Below are positions 10,415 to 19,962 of a DNA stretch of 64,000 nt, in pieces. A model generated the notes under the pieces. The model ran no database searches and was not told where the DNA came from. It worked only from the letters and a program-made list of their open reading frames with translations. The stretch's first letter is position 1; every line of letters starts with the position of its first letter. Position numbers and translations under genes: made by a program. This stretch comes from an uncultured Polyangiaceae bacterium (GTDB lineage: Bacteria > Myxococcota_A > Polyangia > Polyangiales > Polyangiaceae), in the NCBI GenBank assembly GCA_964424695.1, contig CAYRKE010000009.1, forward strand, positions 17,543 to 81,542. Reading direction: 5' to 3'.

Positions 10415-10489
10415 CCAGCCAGCTCGAGGGGCCGAGGGAGGCATGATGGACAGCGAAATTTCCCGAAGTGTGATGTTTTCTGCTGGTGA

Positions 10490-11353
10490 GTGTTCGCAGC
10501 GATTGACAGGCTGCCCGGGTTGCGGAAAGGATCCGCTGAAGTTTCCCTCGTTTCGGCGAGCTCACTGAGCGAAAGCGTGGCGACTAATCCCCTCCGCATC
10601 GAAGTAGCAGGCCAGACTGACGTTGGCCGAAAGCGAACCCACAACGAGGACAACTTCGCGATCATGCCGGAGTTCGGTCTCTATGTTGTGGCTGACGGCA
10701 TGGGCGGACACGCCTCCGGAGAGATCGCTTCGCGTATGGCGGTGGAATCTCTTCGTGAGTTCTTCGACGCTACGGGATCCGATCCCGAGCGAACGTGGCC
10801 GTACAAGATGGATCGGAGTCGGGGCTACGAAGAGAACCGTCTGATCACCGGCATCAAGCTCTGCAATCTTCGGATCTACGAGGCGGCGCAAAGAAACCCC
10901 AAGCAACGAGGCATGGGGACGACGCTGGTCTCCTTGTTTGCGGTCGAGGATGGCGTCTATGTGGCCCACGTTGGTGACAGCCGGGTCTATCGGATTCGGG
11001 GCAGCGCGATCGAGCAGCTCACCGAGGACCACTCGCTGCTCAACGACTACAAGAAGATGAAGCGCCTCACGGAGGAGGAGGAGCGCAACTTCCCACACAA
11101 GAACGTGATCGTTCGGGCGTTGGGCATGAAGGACACCGTCAAGGTGGACACGCGGCTCGAAGAGCCCCGCGTGGGCGACATGATGCTGCTATGCACGGAC
11201 GGGCTATGCGGGCCCGTGAGCGACGAGGAGATCCTCAAGGTGGTGCTTGCGAACCGCGACCTGCCGAGCGCTGTGAGCCAGCTGATTGCGGCCGCCAATC
11301 AGTCGGGCGGACCCGACAACATCACCTGCGTCATCGCACGGTGGATTGAGTAG
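10490..11353 (+). CDS. PP2C-family Ser/Thr protein phosphatase
   Basis: Motifs TDVGRKRTHNEDNF, VADGMGGHASGEIAS, LLCTDGL and GGPDNITCV. The true start may be the GTG at 10577. Confidence 0.85.
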   Translation: MFAAIDRLPGLRKGSAEVSLVSASSLSESVATNPLRIEVAGQTDVGRKRTHNEDNFAIMPEFGLYVVADGMGGHASGEIASRMAVESLREFFDATGSDPERTWPYKMDRSRGYEENRLITGIKLCNLRIYEAAQRNPKQRGMGTTLVSLFAVEDGVYVAHVGDSRVYRIRGSAIEQLTEDHSLLNDYKKMKRLTEEEERNFPHKNVIVRALGMKDTVKVDTRLEEPRVGDMMLLCTDGLCGPVSDEEILKVVLANRDLPSAVSQLIAAANQSGGPDNITCVIARWIE

Positions 11354-11457
11354 ACGTCAAGCTCCACACCCTTGAAGGGGTCAGGCCAGCGATGCGCCGA
11401 GAGGCTTTCATGGGTGAGCTCTGCGAGGCTGCGCCGCGGGCTCATCGTGTTCTCGCA

Positions 11458-11856
11458 TCATCGAGTCGGTGCAGGCGGGACTATCCGAATAGGAGCCGGG
11501 GTGGGGGCCGTAGTTGCTTCTCCAGAAAGAGGCCGCAGGATCACGTAGGCCACTGCAACGACCACCAGCATCACTGCGCTCGTGACCAGATACGTCGGGA
11601 TCGGCGGATAACGGTCAGTGCTCCATCGATCGCGGTAGAACTTGCCGCCGCTGCGCTCTCGCAGTTTCTGCTGAACACCGGGGAGTACGTCCACGACGTC
11701 GGGCGGACGCGCCATGGTCTGGCGAAGGATCGTCGAGAGATCACGCTCTCCGTTCGACGAGAGAGGTGCGCAGATCGCGTCGGTTTCGGAGTCGCGCGGG
11801 CTTCGCACGGGTTCTCCCTCGGAAGGCTCATCAATGGGTGGGGGTGATCGGGTCAT
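11458..11856 (-). CDS. putative membrane anti-sigma factor
   Basis: 132 aa with a single TM helix (LVTSAVMLVVVAVAYVIL). Its ATG overlaps the sigma-factor stop codon (ATGA at 11853-11856). Function is inferred from position only. Confidence 0.45.
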   Translation of the reverse strand: MTRSPPPIDEPSEGEPVRSPRDSETDAICAPLSSNGERDLSTILRQTMARPPDVVDVLPGVQQKLRERSGGKFYRDRWSTDRYPPIPTYLVTSAVMLVVVAVAYVILRPLSGEATTAPTPAPIRIVPPAPTR

Positions 11857-12494
11857 GGGATCTTGTCGCCCAGCGCACGTTCGACCTTGGCCTTCAAGAT
11901 CGCGCGCGCGCGGTGAATTCTACTCTTGACCGTGCCTTCCGGAAGCCCGGTGACTTCGCAGATTTCTTCGTAGCTCAGGCTCTCCACGTCCCTGAGGATC
12001 AGCGCCTCACGGAAGTCGGGCTCGAGCTCGCTCAGACACTGCTGGACAATACGCTCGACCTGGTATCCTTCAGCCAGTTGGTCGGGCCGTTCCAGCTCAC
12101 CTTGAGTGACTCCCTTCGCTTCCGAGAGGGCCGCCCGCTCTGCGACCGGCTCAAGCTCGGTGCGAGCTTTGTCGTGACGCCGCGCGAGGTAGATTGCCCG
12201 ATTCTTGCTGAGGTTTACCGCGATGCGAAACAGCCATGTGCTGAGCTTCGAGTCACCTCGAAACTGGTGAACCTTCTTGAAGACCTGGACGAACACCTCT
12301 TGGGCAATGTCCTCGGCCTCGTCATGGCGGCCCAGCATGCGATAGAGTAGCCCGTAGACGCGTGAGCCGAACACCTCCACCAGCTCGTTGAACGCTCGCT
12401 CATCCCGGGCCTGCAGGCGCCTGATGAACTGGTCCTCGTTGTCAGGGGAGTACGGCACGTGTGGAAGAGCTCGAGCCTCAAGATAGCGTGACAC
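11853..12494 (-). CDS. ECF-type RNA polymerase sigma-70 family factor
   Basis: 213 aa. Region 2 is EDIAQEVFVQVFKKVHQFRGDSKLSTWLFRIAVN. Region 4 is LILRDVESLSYEEICEVTGLPEGTVKSRIHRAR. Confidence 0.9.
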   Translation of the reverse strand: MSRYLEARALPHVPYSPDNEDQFIRRLQARDERAFNELVEVFGSRVYGLLYRMLGRHDEAEDIAQEVFVQVFKKVHQFRGDSKLSTWLFRIAVNLSKNRAIYLARRHDKARTELEPVAERAALSEAKGVTQGELERPDQLAEGYQVERIVQQCLSELEPDFREALILRDVESLSYEEICEVTGLPEGTVKSRIHRARAILKAKVERALGDKIP

Positions 12495-12633
12495 CGACGT
12501 GCCCGGGAATTGCGATCGTCGGACGCGGCATCTACGACATCGGCCTCACGTCCTGAGTTCCCGGTTTGTCGTGCTCCCTTCGAGTTCGGCCTCACTTCCT
12601 CATACTGGTTCGCGGCCGAGCGTGAGGTTGCGG

Positions 12634-12704
12634 TTCTGGCACCAGGATTCGAACCTAGATTCAGGGATTCAAAGTCCCTTGTCCTGCCTTTAGACGATGC
12701 CAGA
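12634..12704 (-). tRNA. tRNA-Gln (anticodon TTG)
   Basis: Cloverleaf folded by hand. Acceptor TCTGGCA/TGCCAGA (U1-A72), D stem GTCT/GGAC, anticodon stem AGGGA/TCCCT with loop CTTTGAA, T arm CTAGG-TTCGAAT-CCTGG, discriminator A. The 3' CCA is not fully encoded. Confidence 0.8.
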
Positions 12705-12881
12705 GGAATGGTGCGACAGGCAGACCTGCCGAACCGATGGACGACTCCTTGTCGCCGACCGGGTCCCGCAATAACCGCAGTGGTCCGCTCCGCGGTCGCC
12801 GAAACGGCGGCCAGGCGAAACTTGCGGCGAATACAGGATGCGAGCCACGGATGGGCGCAGCTTAGCAAACGGTGGGCGTCG

Positions 12882-14336
12882 TCAACAGCCGTCCAGCAAT
12901 TTTTCGGCAGCCTCTCGCCCCTGCTTGACACAGTCGGGAATGCCTACCCCCCCGTAGCCTGCTCCCACGAGCTCCAGGCCCGGCAGCAGGGACAGCTCCC
13001 TCCTGAGCGCCTGGAGCCGTTCAGCGTGGCCCACCAGGGGTTGGGGGTTGGCGTTGCTGTATCGATAGACTCTGGCGAGGACGGGCGTTCCCAGTGGTCC
13101 CATCACACGCGTGAGCTCTTCCAGGGTCAGAGAGATGAGCCGGTCGTCAGTGGATTCACCGACCCGGGCGCTATCCCTACTGCCTCCGACAAAGGCTCGC
13201 ATCAGGACGTGGCCGTCCGGCGCCCGGCCCTCCCACTTGCTGCTGACCCACGTTGCCGCCATGAGGGAGCTCTCACCCTTGGGGATGATGAAACCTACCC
13301 CGTCCAACGGGTGTTCGACCGCGTCTCGGGTGAACCCGAGGAAGACCGTGGCGGTCGAGACGTAGGGGATCTGCCGAAGGAGCTCCGAAGCGACATTCCG
13401 GGCTAGGAGCTGCGCCGCAGTATAAGCGGGCACGCACAGGGCGACTCGATCGGCGGCGAGCGTCTCGCCAGAGCTCAGTCGGACGACCCAACCCGATGCC
13501 ATTTCAGGGTTTGGCATGACGGCACGGGCGGTCGAGGAGGTCCGAATGGTTCCCGGAGGCAGCGTCTGGGCGATGGCATCGGTGAGTTGCTGCATCCCGC
13601 CGCGCAGCGAGTAGAAGGGGCTGGGGGCTTCGACGGCCTTACGACGAAGCCACCGAAAGACCTCGATGAGCACTCGAGTCTTCGAGCGCGTTTGGGGCGC
13701 TGCTCCATTTCGCTGCTGCTGTGCCGCGAACAGCCCACTAATGAGGCTTCCGTGAGCACGTTCGAGCTCCAGAAGCTGGGGAAACGTGGCCTGTAGGCTC
13801 AGGTCGTCGACCTCTCCAGCGTAGATGCCCCCGAGCAGTGGCCCGGCGAGGCGTTCCGTCGTTTCTCCGCCGAATCTCCGACGAAAAAAGTGACCTATCG
13901 ACTCATCCTCGGTGGATTCTCGCGTCGCAACCAGTACTTCCCCCAATGCCCTGAGCTTTCCTCGCCATGACAGCAGGGGGGTCTTGACGAGTGGGCCTAG
14001 CCGCGTCGGCACGGCGAGGGCCATTCCCGCAGGCATGAGCTCGAGCCTGCCTCGGTGTGCAACGTAGACGTTGCGTGCGCGCGGAGTGATGAGCTGGTCC
14101 TCGAGACCCAGCTCCTTGCATAGCGTCGTTCCTTCGGGTTTTGTTCGAAGAAAGGCGTCTGGTCCCGCGTCGAGGAGGAAGCCATCGATCCGATCCGTCC
14201 GGATGTTTCCGCCAACGCGGTCCTTGCTCTCAAGCAGCGTGACTCGAGCATTGTGCCGATGAAGGGCGTAGGCCGTTGCGAGGCCGGCGATGCCCCCGCC
14301 GACCACCACGACATGCGGCGCCGCACTCGAAGTCAT
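12882..14336 (-). CDS. hemY: HemY-type FAD-dependent protoporphyrinogen/coproporphyrinogen oxidase
   Basis: 484 aa with an N-terminal dinucleotide fold HVVVVGGGIAGLATAYAL. It overlaps hemE by 4 nt (14333-14336). Confidence 0.8.
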   Translation of the reverse strand: MTSSAAPHVVVVGGGIAGLATAYALHRHNARVTLLESKDRVGGNIRTDRIDGFLLDAGPDAFLRTKPEGTTLCKELGLEDQLITPRARNVYVAHRGRLELMPAGMALAVPTRLGPLVKTPLLSWRGKLRALGEVLVATRESTEDESIGHFFRRRFGGETTERLAGPLLGGIYAGEVDDLSLQATFPQLLELERAHGSLISGLFAAQQQRNGAAPQTRSKTRVLIEVFRWLRRKAVEAPSPFYSLRGGMQQLTDAIAQTLPPGTIRTSSTARAVMPNPEMASGWVVRLSSGETLAADRVALCVPAYTAAQLLARNVASELLRQIPYVSTATVFLGFTRDAVEHPLDGVGFIIPKGESSLMAATWVSSKWEGRAPDGHVLMRAFVGGSRDSARVGESTDDRLISLTLEELTRVMGPLGTPVLARVYRYSNANPQPLVGHAERLQALRRELSLLPGLELVGAGYGGVGIPDCVKQGREAAEKLLDGC

Positions 14337-15433
14337 TGGTCTTCGCCTCCTCGGTTGCGCGGGGACGGGGTCTCGTGGCGCTCATGTGGGCGAGGAGTGG
14401 CCGAGTTGATGGTTGGCGACAACTCGTGAACCCAGTCGGCTGTGAGGGCGACCTGATTGGGGTTCGTTTCTGGGAGTATGCCGTGGCCTAGGTTGAAGAT
14501 GTGGCCGGGAAGTGGTCCTGCATCCTCCAGTACTGTGGCGATTCGCTCCTTGAGCAGCGCCGCGGGCGCCATGAGTAGTATGGGATCGAGGTTTCCCTGC
14601 ACCGCCATGTTGCCCAAGCGCGCTCTCGCCGGCCCAAGCGGGGTTCGCCAATCGATGCCGAGCACAGTCCCGCCAGCGTCGCGTTGAAGCTCCAACAGCG
14701 AAGCGGTCCCCGTGCCAAAATGGATTACCGGAACGCCTGTGGTCATCAAGTCCGACAGAATGTGCCGGACATGGGGCTGTACGAATTGCCGATAGTCCGA
14801 CGGTGAGAGGGCGCCGATCCATGAATCGAATAGCTGAACGGCTTGTGCTCCCGCGCTCACCTGTGCGCGAAGAAAGCGCCGCACCACCTCAGCGAGCTTC
14901 GCCATGAGCTGGTGCCACACGACGGGATCCGAGTACATGAGCAGCTTCGTTCTAGCATAGTGCCCGCTCTTGCCTCCCTCGACGAGATAGCTCGCGAGCG
15001 TGAAGGGGGCGCCCGCAAACCCAATGAGCGGGGTCCGCCCGTCGAGCTCTCTGCGCAGAAGGCGAATCGCTTCCAAGACGTGCGGAAGAGACTCCTCCGC
15101 GTCGACGAGGCGCAGGCCATCGACGTCCGCCGCGGATCGCACCGGATGCTCGATGACAGGCCCTTCGCCACCTGCGAAATGGAACGGAGCTCCCATCGGC
15201 TCGAGGGGCAGGAGGATGTCTGCAAACAGGATTGCCGCGTCGACGGAGAACGCTCGAACTGGTTGCAGCGTGACCTCGACTGCAAGTTCGGGATGCCGAC
15301 AAATCTCGAGGAGTGACCACTTCTCCCGCAACTTGCGGTACTCCGCCATGTAGCGGCCCGCCTGGCGCATGAACCACACTGGAGTAGCGTCAACAGGTTC
15401 GCACCGACAGGCGCGCAAGAATCTATCCCACAT
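14333..15433 (-). CDS. hemE: uroporphyrinogen decarboxylase
   Basis: 366 aa. Hallmark N-terminus PVWFMRQAGRYMAEYRKLRE, plus ILFADILLP and IHFGTG segments. Confidence 0.9.
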   Translation of the reverse strand: MWDRFLRACRCEPVDATPVWFMRQAGRYMAEYRKLREKWSLLEICRHPELAVEVTLQPVRAFSVDAAILFADILLPLEPMGAPFHFAGGEGPVIEHPVRSAADVDGLRLVDAEESLPHVLEAIRLLRRELDGRTPLIGFAGAPFTLASYLVEGGKSGHYARTKLLMYSDPVVWHQLMAKLAEVVRRFLRAQVSAGAQAVQLFDSWIGALSPSDYRQFVQPHVRHILSDLMTTGVPVIHFGTGTASLLELQRDAGGTVLGIDWRTPLGPARARLGNMAVQGNLDPILLMAPAALLKERIATVLEDAGPLPGHIFNLGHGILPETNPNQVALTADWVHELSPTINSATPRPHERHETPSPRNRGGEDQ

Positions 15434-15448
15434 CAGATGACCAATACC

Positions 15449-16018
15449 CTACGGTTGGGAGGCAGCTTCGCCGGTTTCGGACTGGAAGGATGGGATGGGG
15501 CGATCATATGGCACGGATACGCCGTTCTGGACCTGTTCTTCGTACTTTGAGGGACACTTGGCCATGATCTGCCTTGCTTGGAAGTACCCTGCCGCTGCGA
15601 GCTGCCCCTCGGCAGTGACGTTGACCTCCATTCCTGGAACGTCGCGGAACGTGTCTGGGACGATGCACTGAGAATAGCGGACGGGAATCGTGGCGCCGTT
15701 CTTGGTGAGCTCGAAGCGGTACTCGCAAGGCGAGTCTCGCCTGCGCAGGCTGCCAGCAACTAGCTTCCCCTCGACGCGGAGGATCCGATCGCCCAATTGT
15801 GCGCGCTGGCTGAGAAGCTCATCGACACCCTTGGAGTAGACCACTGCACCCTTCAGACTACCATAGACCAGTATCAGCACGATGGTACCGAACCCAAGAA
15901 GCACAAGCAGCAGCCCAAGATTGCGCGCTGGACGCGGCTCTTGGTGTACCCGCTCGGCCGGGGCAAGAGGGGCCTGCTCTGCGACTGCTCGCGCGAGTTC
16001 GTCGTCTAACTGACTCAT
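15449..16018 (-). CDS. ccmE: CcmE-family heme chaperone, Cys (CxxxY) variant
   Basis: 189 aa with an N-terminal TM anchor. ILRVEGKLVAGSL...IVPDTFRDVPGMEVNVTAEGQL...IMAKCPSKY aligns by eye with E. coli CcmE RLRVGGMV...ILPDLFREGQGVVVQGEL...VLAKHDENY. Confidence 0.75.
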   Translation of the reverse strand: MSQLDDELARAVAEQAPLAPAERVHQEPRPARNLGLLLVLLGFGTIVLILVYGSLKGAVVYSKGVDELLSQRAQLGDRILRVEGKLVAGSLRRRDSPCEYRFELTKNGATIPVRYSQCIVPDTFRDVPGMEVNVTAEGQLAAAGYFQARQIMAKCPSKYEEQVQNGVSVPYDRPIPSFQSETGEAASQP

Positions 16019-16242
16019 TCCACGCCAAACGTAGCTTTGGGGCCTCGGATCGTCGAGGACTCGGTCGACGCGGTCGGGCTAGGTGGTGACGGTTTCCGTG
16101 AACTCGCCGCAGACCGTCGCACGCCCGCCACGCCGCGAGCGAGCGTGCGAGCGAAGCGACCATGGGTAAGGAAGCATCGAAGCGCGTCGACGACTTCCCT
16201 GCTTTTCTCATCGCTCAGCCGATCCGCGAGCAGAAGAGGCAA
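16015..16242 (-). CDS. possible small upstream ORF (75 aa)
   Basis: Its stop overlaps the ccmE ATG (ATGA at 16015-16018). The C-terminal half is R/S/P-rich and may be spurious. Confidence 0.2.
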   Translation of the reverse strand: MPLLLADRLSDEKSREVVDALRCFLTHGRFARTLARGVAGVRRSAASSRKPSPPSPTASTESSTIRGPKATFGVE

Positions 16243-16573
16243 TACCGCCTTTCCCGGTGAGGGGGCTCGTTCTTGGTTCTCCGCGGCAGGGGGAACGGGT
16301 GCCGGTCACCTGGCCTGGTACAGCTCCCGGGCGCAGAGCAGGAGTCGCCCCCGCACTCCTGGTCGGGACGGCTCAGCGACAGAGCCGAGGAAGGCGAGCC
16401 GATGGGTGCGCTATGTCGAATGGGTGCGCCTTTCCACGCCGCGCTCGTTTCCATCTCGGCACTGGCCATGAGTGCGCCGCCGCTCGAGCGCCCATGGGGT
16501 TCGTCGCCGCGGACGCAATCCGCAAAAAAGCGCCGCTGGATTGGGGCGACGGGGGGGGCAGTCCAACGGCCCC

Positions 16574-17026
16574 CTATGGACCACGACGATGACCCAGAGT
16601 CGTGAAGAGTGCTCCGGTGGACGCCAACACACTCCAGGTGACAAGCGTCAAAGGCCATGGTTCGAGGGACCCGCTTGCGAACGCGATGGCGCACGCGAGG
16701 CTGCCGGCGCCGCTGCCAGCAAGAGCTGCGACTGTCCTGGGAATCCGCTCGTTGGCACGTCGCAGGACGACCCCGCCGAGGACACAGGCAACGACGTAGG
16801 AAATGGGAACGGGCAAAACGACAACGAGCAACGCGGTCCGGCCACTGTTCGGAGCTGTGAGGAGCGGGCTCAACTGTGAGGCCAGCCAGAGCGCCGCCAG
16901 GGCTAGCGGGAGCCAGAGTACGAGGATCACGCACGCCCCAACCGGCACCCAATGCCAGGTGAGGCGGGGCGTGGGGAGCTCGGACACATCGTTCGACTGG
17001 AGAACCGGAAGTCGGCGCTGGGTCAT
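16574..17026 (-). CDS. small polytopic membrane protein (150 aa), unknown family
   Basis: This is the C-terminal part of ORF 16574..17701. The ATG at 17026 gives MTQRRLPVLQ... followed by about 4 hydrophobic helices. It is divergent from the 17078 gene. Confidence 0.55.
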   Translation of the reverse strand: MTQRRLPVLQSNDVSELPTPRLTWHWVPVGACVILVLWLPLALAALWLASQLSPLLTAPNSGRTALLVVVLPVPISYVVACVLGGVVLRRANERIPRTVAALAGSGAGSLACAIAFASGSLEPWPLTLVTWSVLASTGALFTTLGHRRGP

Positions 17027-17077
17027 CGGGTTTGGCTGGCAGTGGTGGGATTGGCGCTCTAGTCTCGGCGCAGATTC

Positions 17078-18403
17078 ATGGATTTCAATTGGGATCGCGA
17101 TTTGCTCGACTCCGAGATTGCGGCCAGCGCAAGCGCGCGCGGTCTGGCCACCGGCGCGGCAGTCCGGACGGCGGCGAGGGGCCTTTGGGGGGCGGCTGCA
17201 GCGCGTTCCGACGCAGAAGAGCTGTGGCGCCGAGCCGCCGAGGTCGCGCCGGACACGCCTTTTGCTCTTGCGCGGCGTCGCTGGGCATTTGCCGTTCTCG
17301 AGCACGATCGATTGGCGCACGCCCGCGCCTCCCTGGAACGAGCGTGGCAAGAGGACCGGCATCCGGTGGCAGAGCCCGACCCCGGGCGCTACACGGTGGT
17401 CGAGCTGCGCGCCAAGGCGCTGTCCGACGAGCCTCGCCGCATCTGGTGGATTCGTGCCTTCGCTGCGGCCTCCTCGGACGTGGCGACGCAATTCGGGCGG
17501 CTGTGGAACGAGCGGTGTGAGCTGGGCGACAGCGCGGGGGCGGATCTCCGCGAGCTCGATGGTGCGACTCCGACGCTCTTCGAGCTTGCGGAGCGATGGC
17601 TCGATCACACCGACGGGATGTATGGAGAGCTCGGACTCGACGAAACACGCTGGCTCGACGTCGCGCTTGCCCGCGGTGCGGCGGAGGGGTGGCCTGGTCA
17701 TCTCAATTGGCGCAGCGTCTCGGACCTACTTGGCGGGGGCCTCTGGCTTGGAGGCTGCCGCCCGAGCTTGCCCGAGCCGCCTTCTGCGCTGGGAGCGTCG
17801 AGCTACTGTCGAGCCTTTCGGGTCTGGGGGACAGCCTGGGCTGAGAGTCAGCTCGAGCGAGCCAGGCCCTTCATGGCGTGGCGCGATCCCACGCAACTTG
17901 CCGAGCGGACGCGGGGCTGTCTCGTTGCGCTCCTGCCGCTCAATGGTGAGTTCATGCGGCGTCGGCAAGGCATTTCGCGGCTGCGAGTGCGTGATCAGCG
18001 CCGGAACCTTGCGCGGTCCTTGCTCCTCGAGTCTCGGTGGATGGCATTGCGCACCGTGCTTCGCAAGCATCTGAGGAGTGGAGCCACGGCCGGAGGCAGA
18101 AGCTTGCTTCCCGAATACGAGGAGCTCTGGGGCCGCGCGCTGGGTTTTGCTCCCCCGGTTGGGGCGCCTGGTGCGCTGCCGCGCTTGCGCGCGTTGGATG
18201 CTCAAAACTTCGCTGGGCTTCTGGTTGCTGCCAATCGTAGCTCCGAATTCGTTGAGCAGTACGACGAGGACTGGTTCTGGAATCCGCGGTGCTGCGAGGT
18301 GCTGCGCGAAACATTTCCCAATGAGAATTCGGCCCTGGCGCCGCTTGGGCTCGAGTCGGGAAGCGACGCACTTCTATGTCTGCTCGCCGACGCGCTCGGT
18401 TGA
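17078..18403 (+). CDS. hypothetical protein (441 aa), Trp/Arg-rich, probably cytoplasmic
   Basis: Protein-like composition over the full length and no signal peptide. Ends ...EQYDEDWFWNPRCCEVLRETF.... No family recognised. Confidence 0.6.
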   Translation: MDFNWDRDLLDSEIAASASARGLATGAAVRTAARGLWGAAAARSDAEELWRRAAEVAPDTPFALARRRWAFAVLEHDRLAHARASLERAWQEDRHPVAEPDPGRYTVVELRAKALSDEPRRIWWIRAFAAASSDVATQFGRLWNERCELGDSAGADLRELDGATPTLFELAERWLDHTDGMYGELGLDETRWLDVALARGAAEGWPGHLNWRSVSDLLGGGLWLGGCRPSLPEPPSALGASSYCRAFRVWGTAWAESQLERARPFMAWRDPTQLAERTRGCLVALLPLNGEFMRRRQGISRLRVRDQRRNLARSLLLESRWMALRTVLRKHLRSGATAGGRSLLPEYEELWGRALGFAPPVGAPGALPRLRALDAQNFAGLLVAANRSSEFVEQYDEDWFWNPRCCEVLRETFPNENSALAPLGLESGSDALLCLLADALG

Positions 18404-18427
18404 GCTCTTCGCTCTGGCGTCGTGTGC

Positions 18428-19384
18428 CTAGAACGACTCGCTCCCGCTGCCCAGCATTCCGGAGGAGTCGACGTGGTAGCGCACGTCCAACGTGATGACG
18501 GTCACTTCCGCACCCTTCACCGTACGTCGCGCACCGAGCTCGACACTGAAGGTCGGACTGATGAACCCGATTCCAGCCGAAATGGCATGCGTCCTTGGTC
18601 CCTGCTCATAACGGTAGCCTGCGCGCACCGGATAGTTTTCCGCCAACAGCAGACTTGCGCCGCCCATCCCGTTGTATCGGGTCCGACTCCAGGTCGTGAA
18701 GTCAGCTTCAGCATCTGCCTCAAGGGTGAACGCGGATCCCCCGTAGCCAACACCGCCACCAAGCAGCGCTGGCTGGAATCCGTTGCCGGGGTCGTTGATG
18801 TTGCTTCCGACAACCGCGAAGGACAACTCCGGTATCGGCCTCAGAGTGAGTCCCGCGTCGAGACCGATGCCTCGAACGATCTTGCCTTTGGGCAGTCCGC
18901 CGGACGCTAGGCTGTATCCGAGCGGTCCGAGCCCATTCTGTTCGACCCAGAGGTAGCGGCCGCCAACACCCATGAAGAACTGTTCAGAGAACGGATAGGC
19001 CAAGGCAAAGCGTACATCCGTCCAGGTACGGTCAACGCCATCGGGATCCTGTCGGTTGTATGTCGCTCCGAGCCCACCCGAGACTGGCGTCGTGCTGTCG
19101 GTGGCGGCCGCGCCATAACTCTGGCGATTCGCCTCAGGCCAAATCGATACCAGCGCCCCCACGTGATAGACCCGAGCCGAAGCAAGGTTCGCGGGATTGA
19201 CGAAAAGCGCGGTCAGCGAGTTGGTGAGGGCGCGATCGGCGCCACCAACCGCAGTGCTTCTGGCCGTCTCGATCGCTCCCTGCCCGTACCCCACTTCCGG
19301 CGGCACGGCGCTCTGTGCCAGGGCGACCGACGCAACGCTCGTGCACCAAGTGAGCACTGTGCAGCCGAGCAAGACTCTCAGCAT
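18428..19384 (-). CDS. outer-membrane beta-barrel protein
   Basis: ORF 18428..19453. The ATG at 19384 gives signal peptide MLRVLLGCTVLTWCTSVASVALAQS. It has alternating beta-strand patterns, an N-terminal ...FVNPANLA segment and a C-terminal Phe (...GSESF). Confidence 0.7.
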   Translation of the reverse strand: MLRVLLGCTVLTWCTSVASVALAQSAVPPEVGYGQGAIETARSTAVGGADRALTNSLTALFVNPANLASARVYHVGALVSIWPEANRQSYGAAATDSTTPVSGGLGATYNRQDPDGVDRTWTDVRFALAYPFSEQFFMGVGGRYLWVEQNGLGPLGYSLASGGLPKGKIVRGIGLDAGLTLRPIPELSFAVVGSNINDPGNGFQPALLGGGVGYGGSAFTLEADAEADFTTWSRTRYNGMGGASLLLAENYPVRAGYRYEQGPRTHAISAGIGFISPTFSVELGARRTVKGAEVTVITLDVRYHVDSSGMLGSGSESF

Positions 19385-19962
19385 GGGACGGTATTCGCAC
19401 GGTGTTGGTGCACGCGTCATGGATACTCTTGTTCGCTCGCTGCTAGCCCGCATCGGGGGGGACGGCCAAGAAATTGTGGTGCGTCGCTGCTGAATTCCGG
19501 AATAGCAGAACTCGTCGACGACTCTTGACCTCGAAAACCTCGAGTATTGATGCTCGAGAATTGTGGGGTATTCTCTAGAGCCGCGAATAGTGGTTTAGCT
19601 TCCATGCGTTACTCAGGCTCCCCGAGTGGTGCGGGCGATGAAGCGTGTCGCAGGTTCGCCACTCCACCAAGCGAGAACGACTGCAGCGGCAGGATTTTCT
19701 GCGGATCACGTTTCTCCAAAAAATCGAGCATTGAACTCCAAACCCAAGCAGTGCTACCCCACTGAGCTCCTCGGAGGGCACTGTCGGTCTAGTGCCCAAA
19801 GACGGAGAAATGGGCCGGCGTTTGGACGACCGTTAGGTATTGGTTCCAGTCGACAGCATTGGACAGAGCCCTTCATTTCGTTCAATGAGCACACCCACAT
19901 TCGGCTTTGAACCGACAGGCTCCCCGGCACGTGGTCACGCGAGACGAAGGGTTTGGTCTGTT

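Noticed and set aside
16243-16573. ORFs in the gap between the ccmE-upstream ORF and the 150-aa membrane-protein gene (16215..16952 minus, 16257..16592 plus, 16273..16605 plus).
   Set aside because: Their translations are low-complexity and Arg/Pro/Ser-rich, with no RBS and no motifs. The region also contains a G8 run. It is treated as non-coding.
19640-19790. tRNA-like fragments upstream of dnaA. On the minus strand, GCTCAGTGGGGTAGCAC resembles a D-arm. On the plus strand, GCAGGTTCGCCACTCCACCA resembles a truncated T-arm/acceptor with CCA (tRNA-Ala or tmRNA style).
   Set aside because: I could not fold a complete cloverleaf on either strand. The D-stem lacks 2 nt, there is no matching anticodon stem, and half of the T-arm is missing. 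They may be scars of old tRNA or integration sites, or chance matches. tRNAscan-SE, ARAGORN or Infernal should decide.
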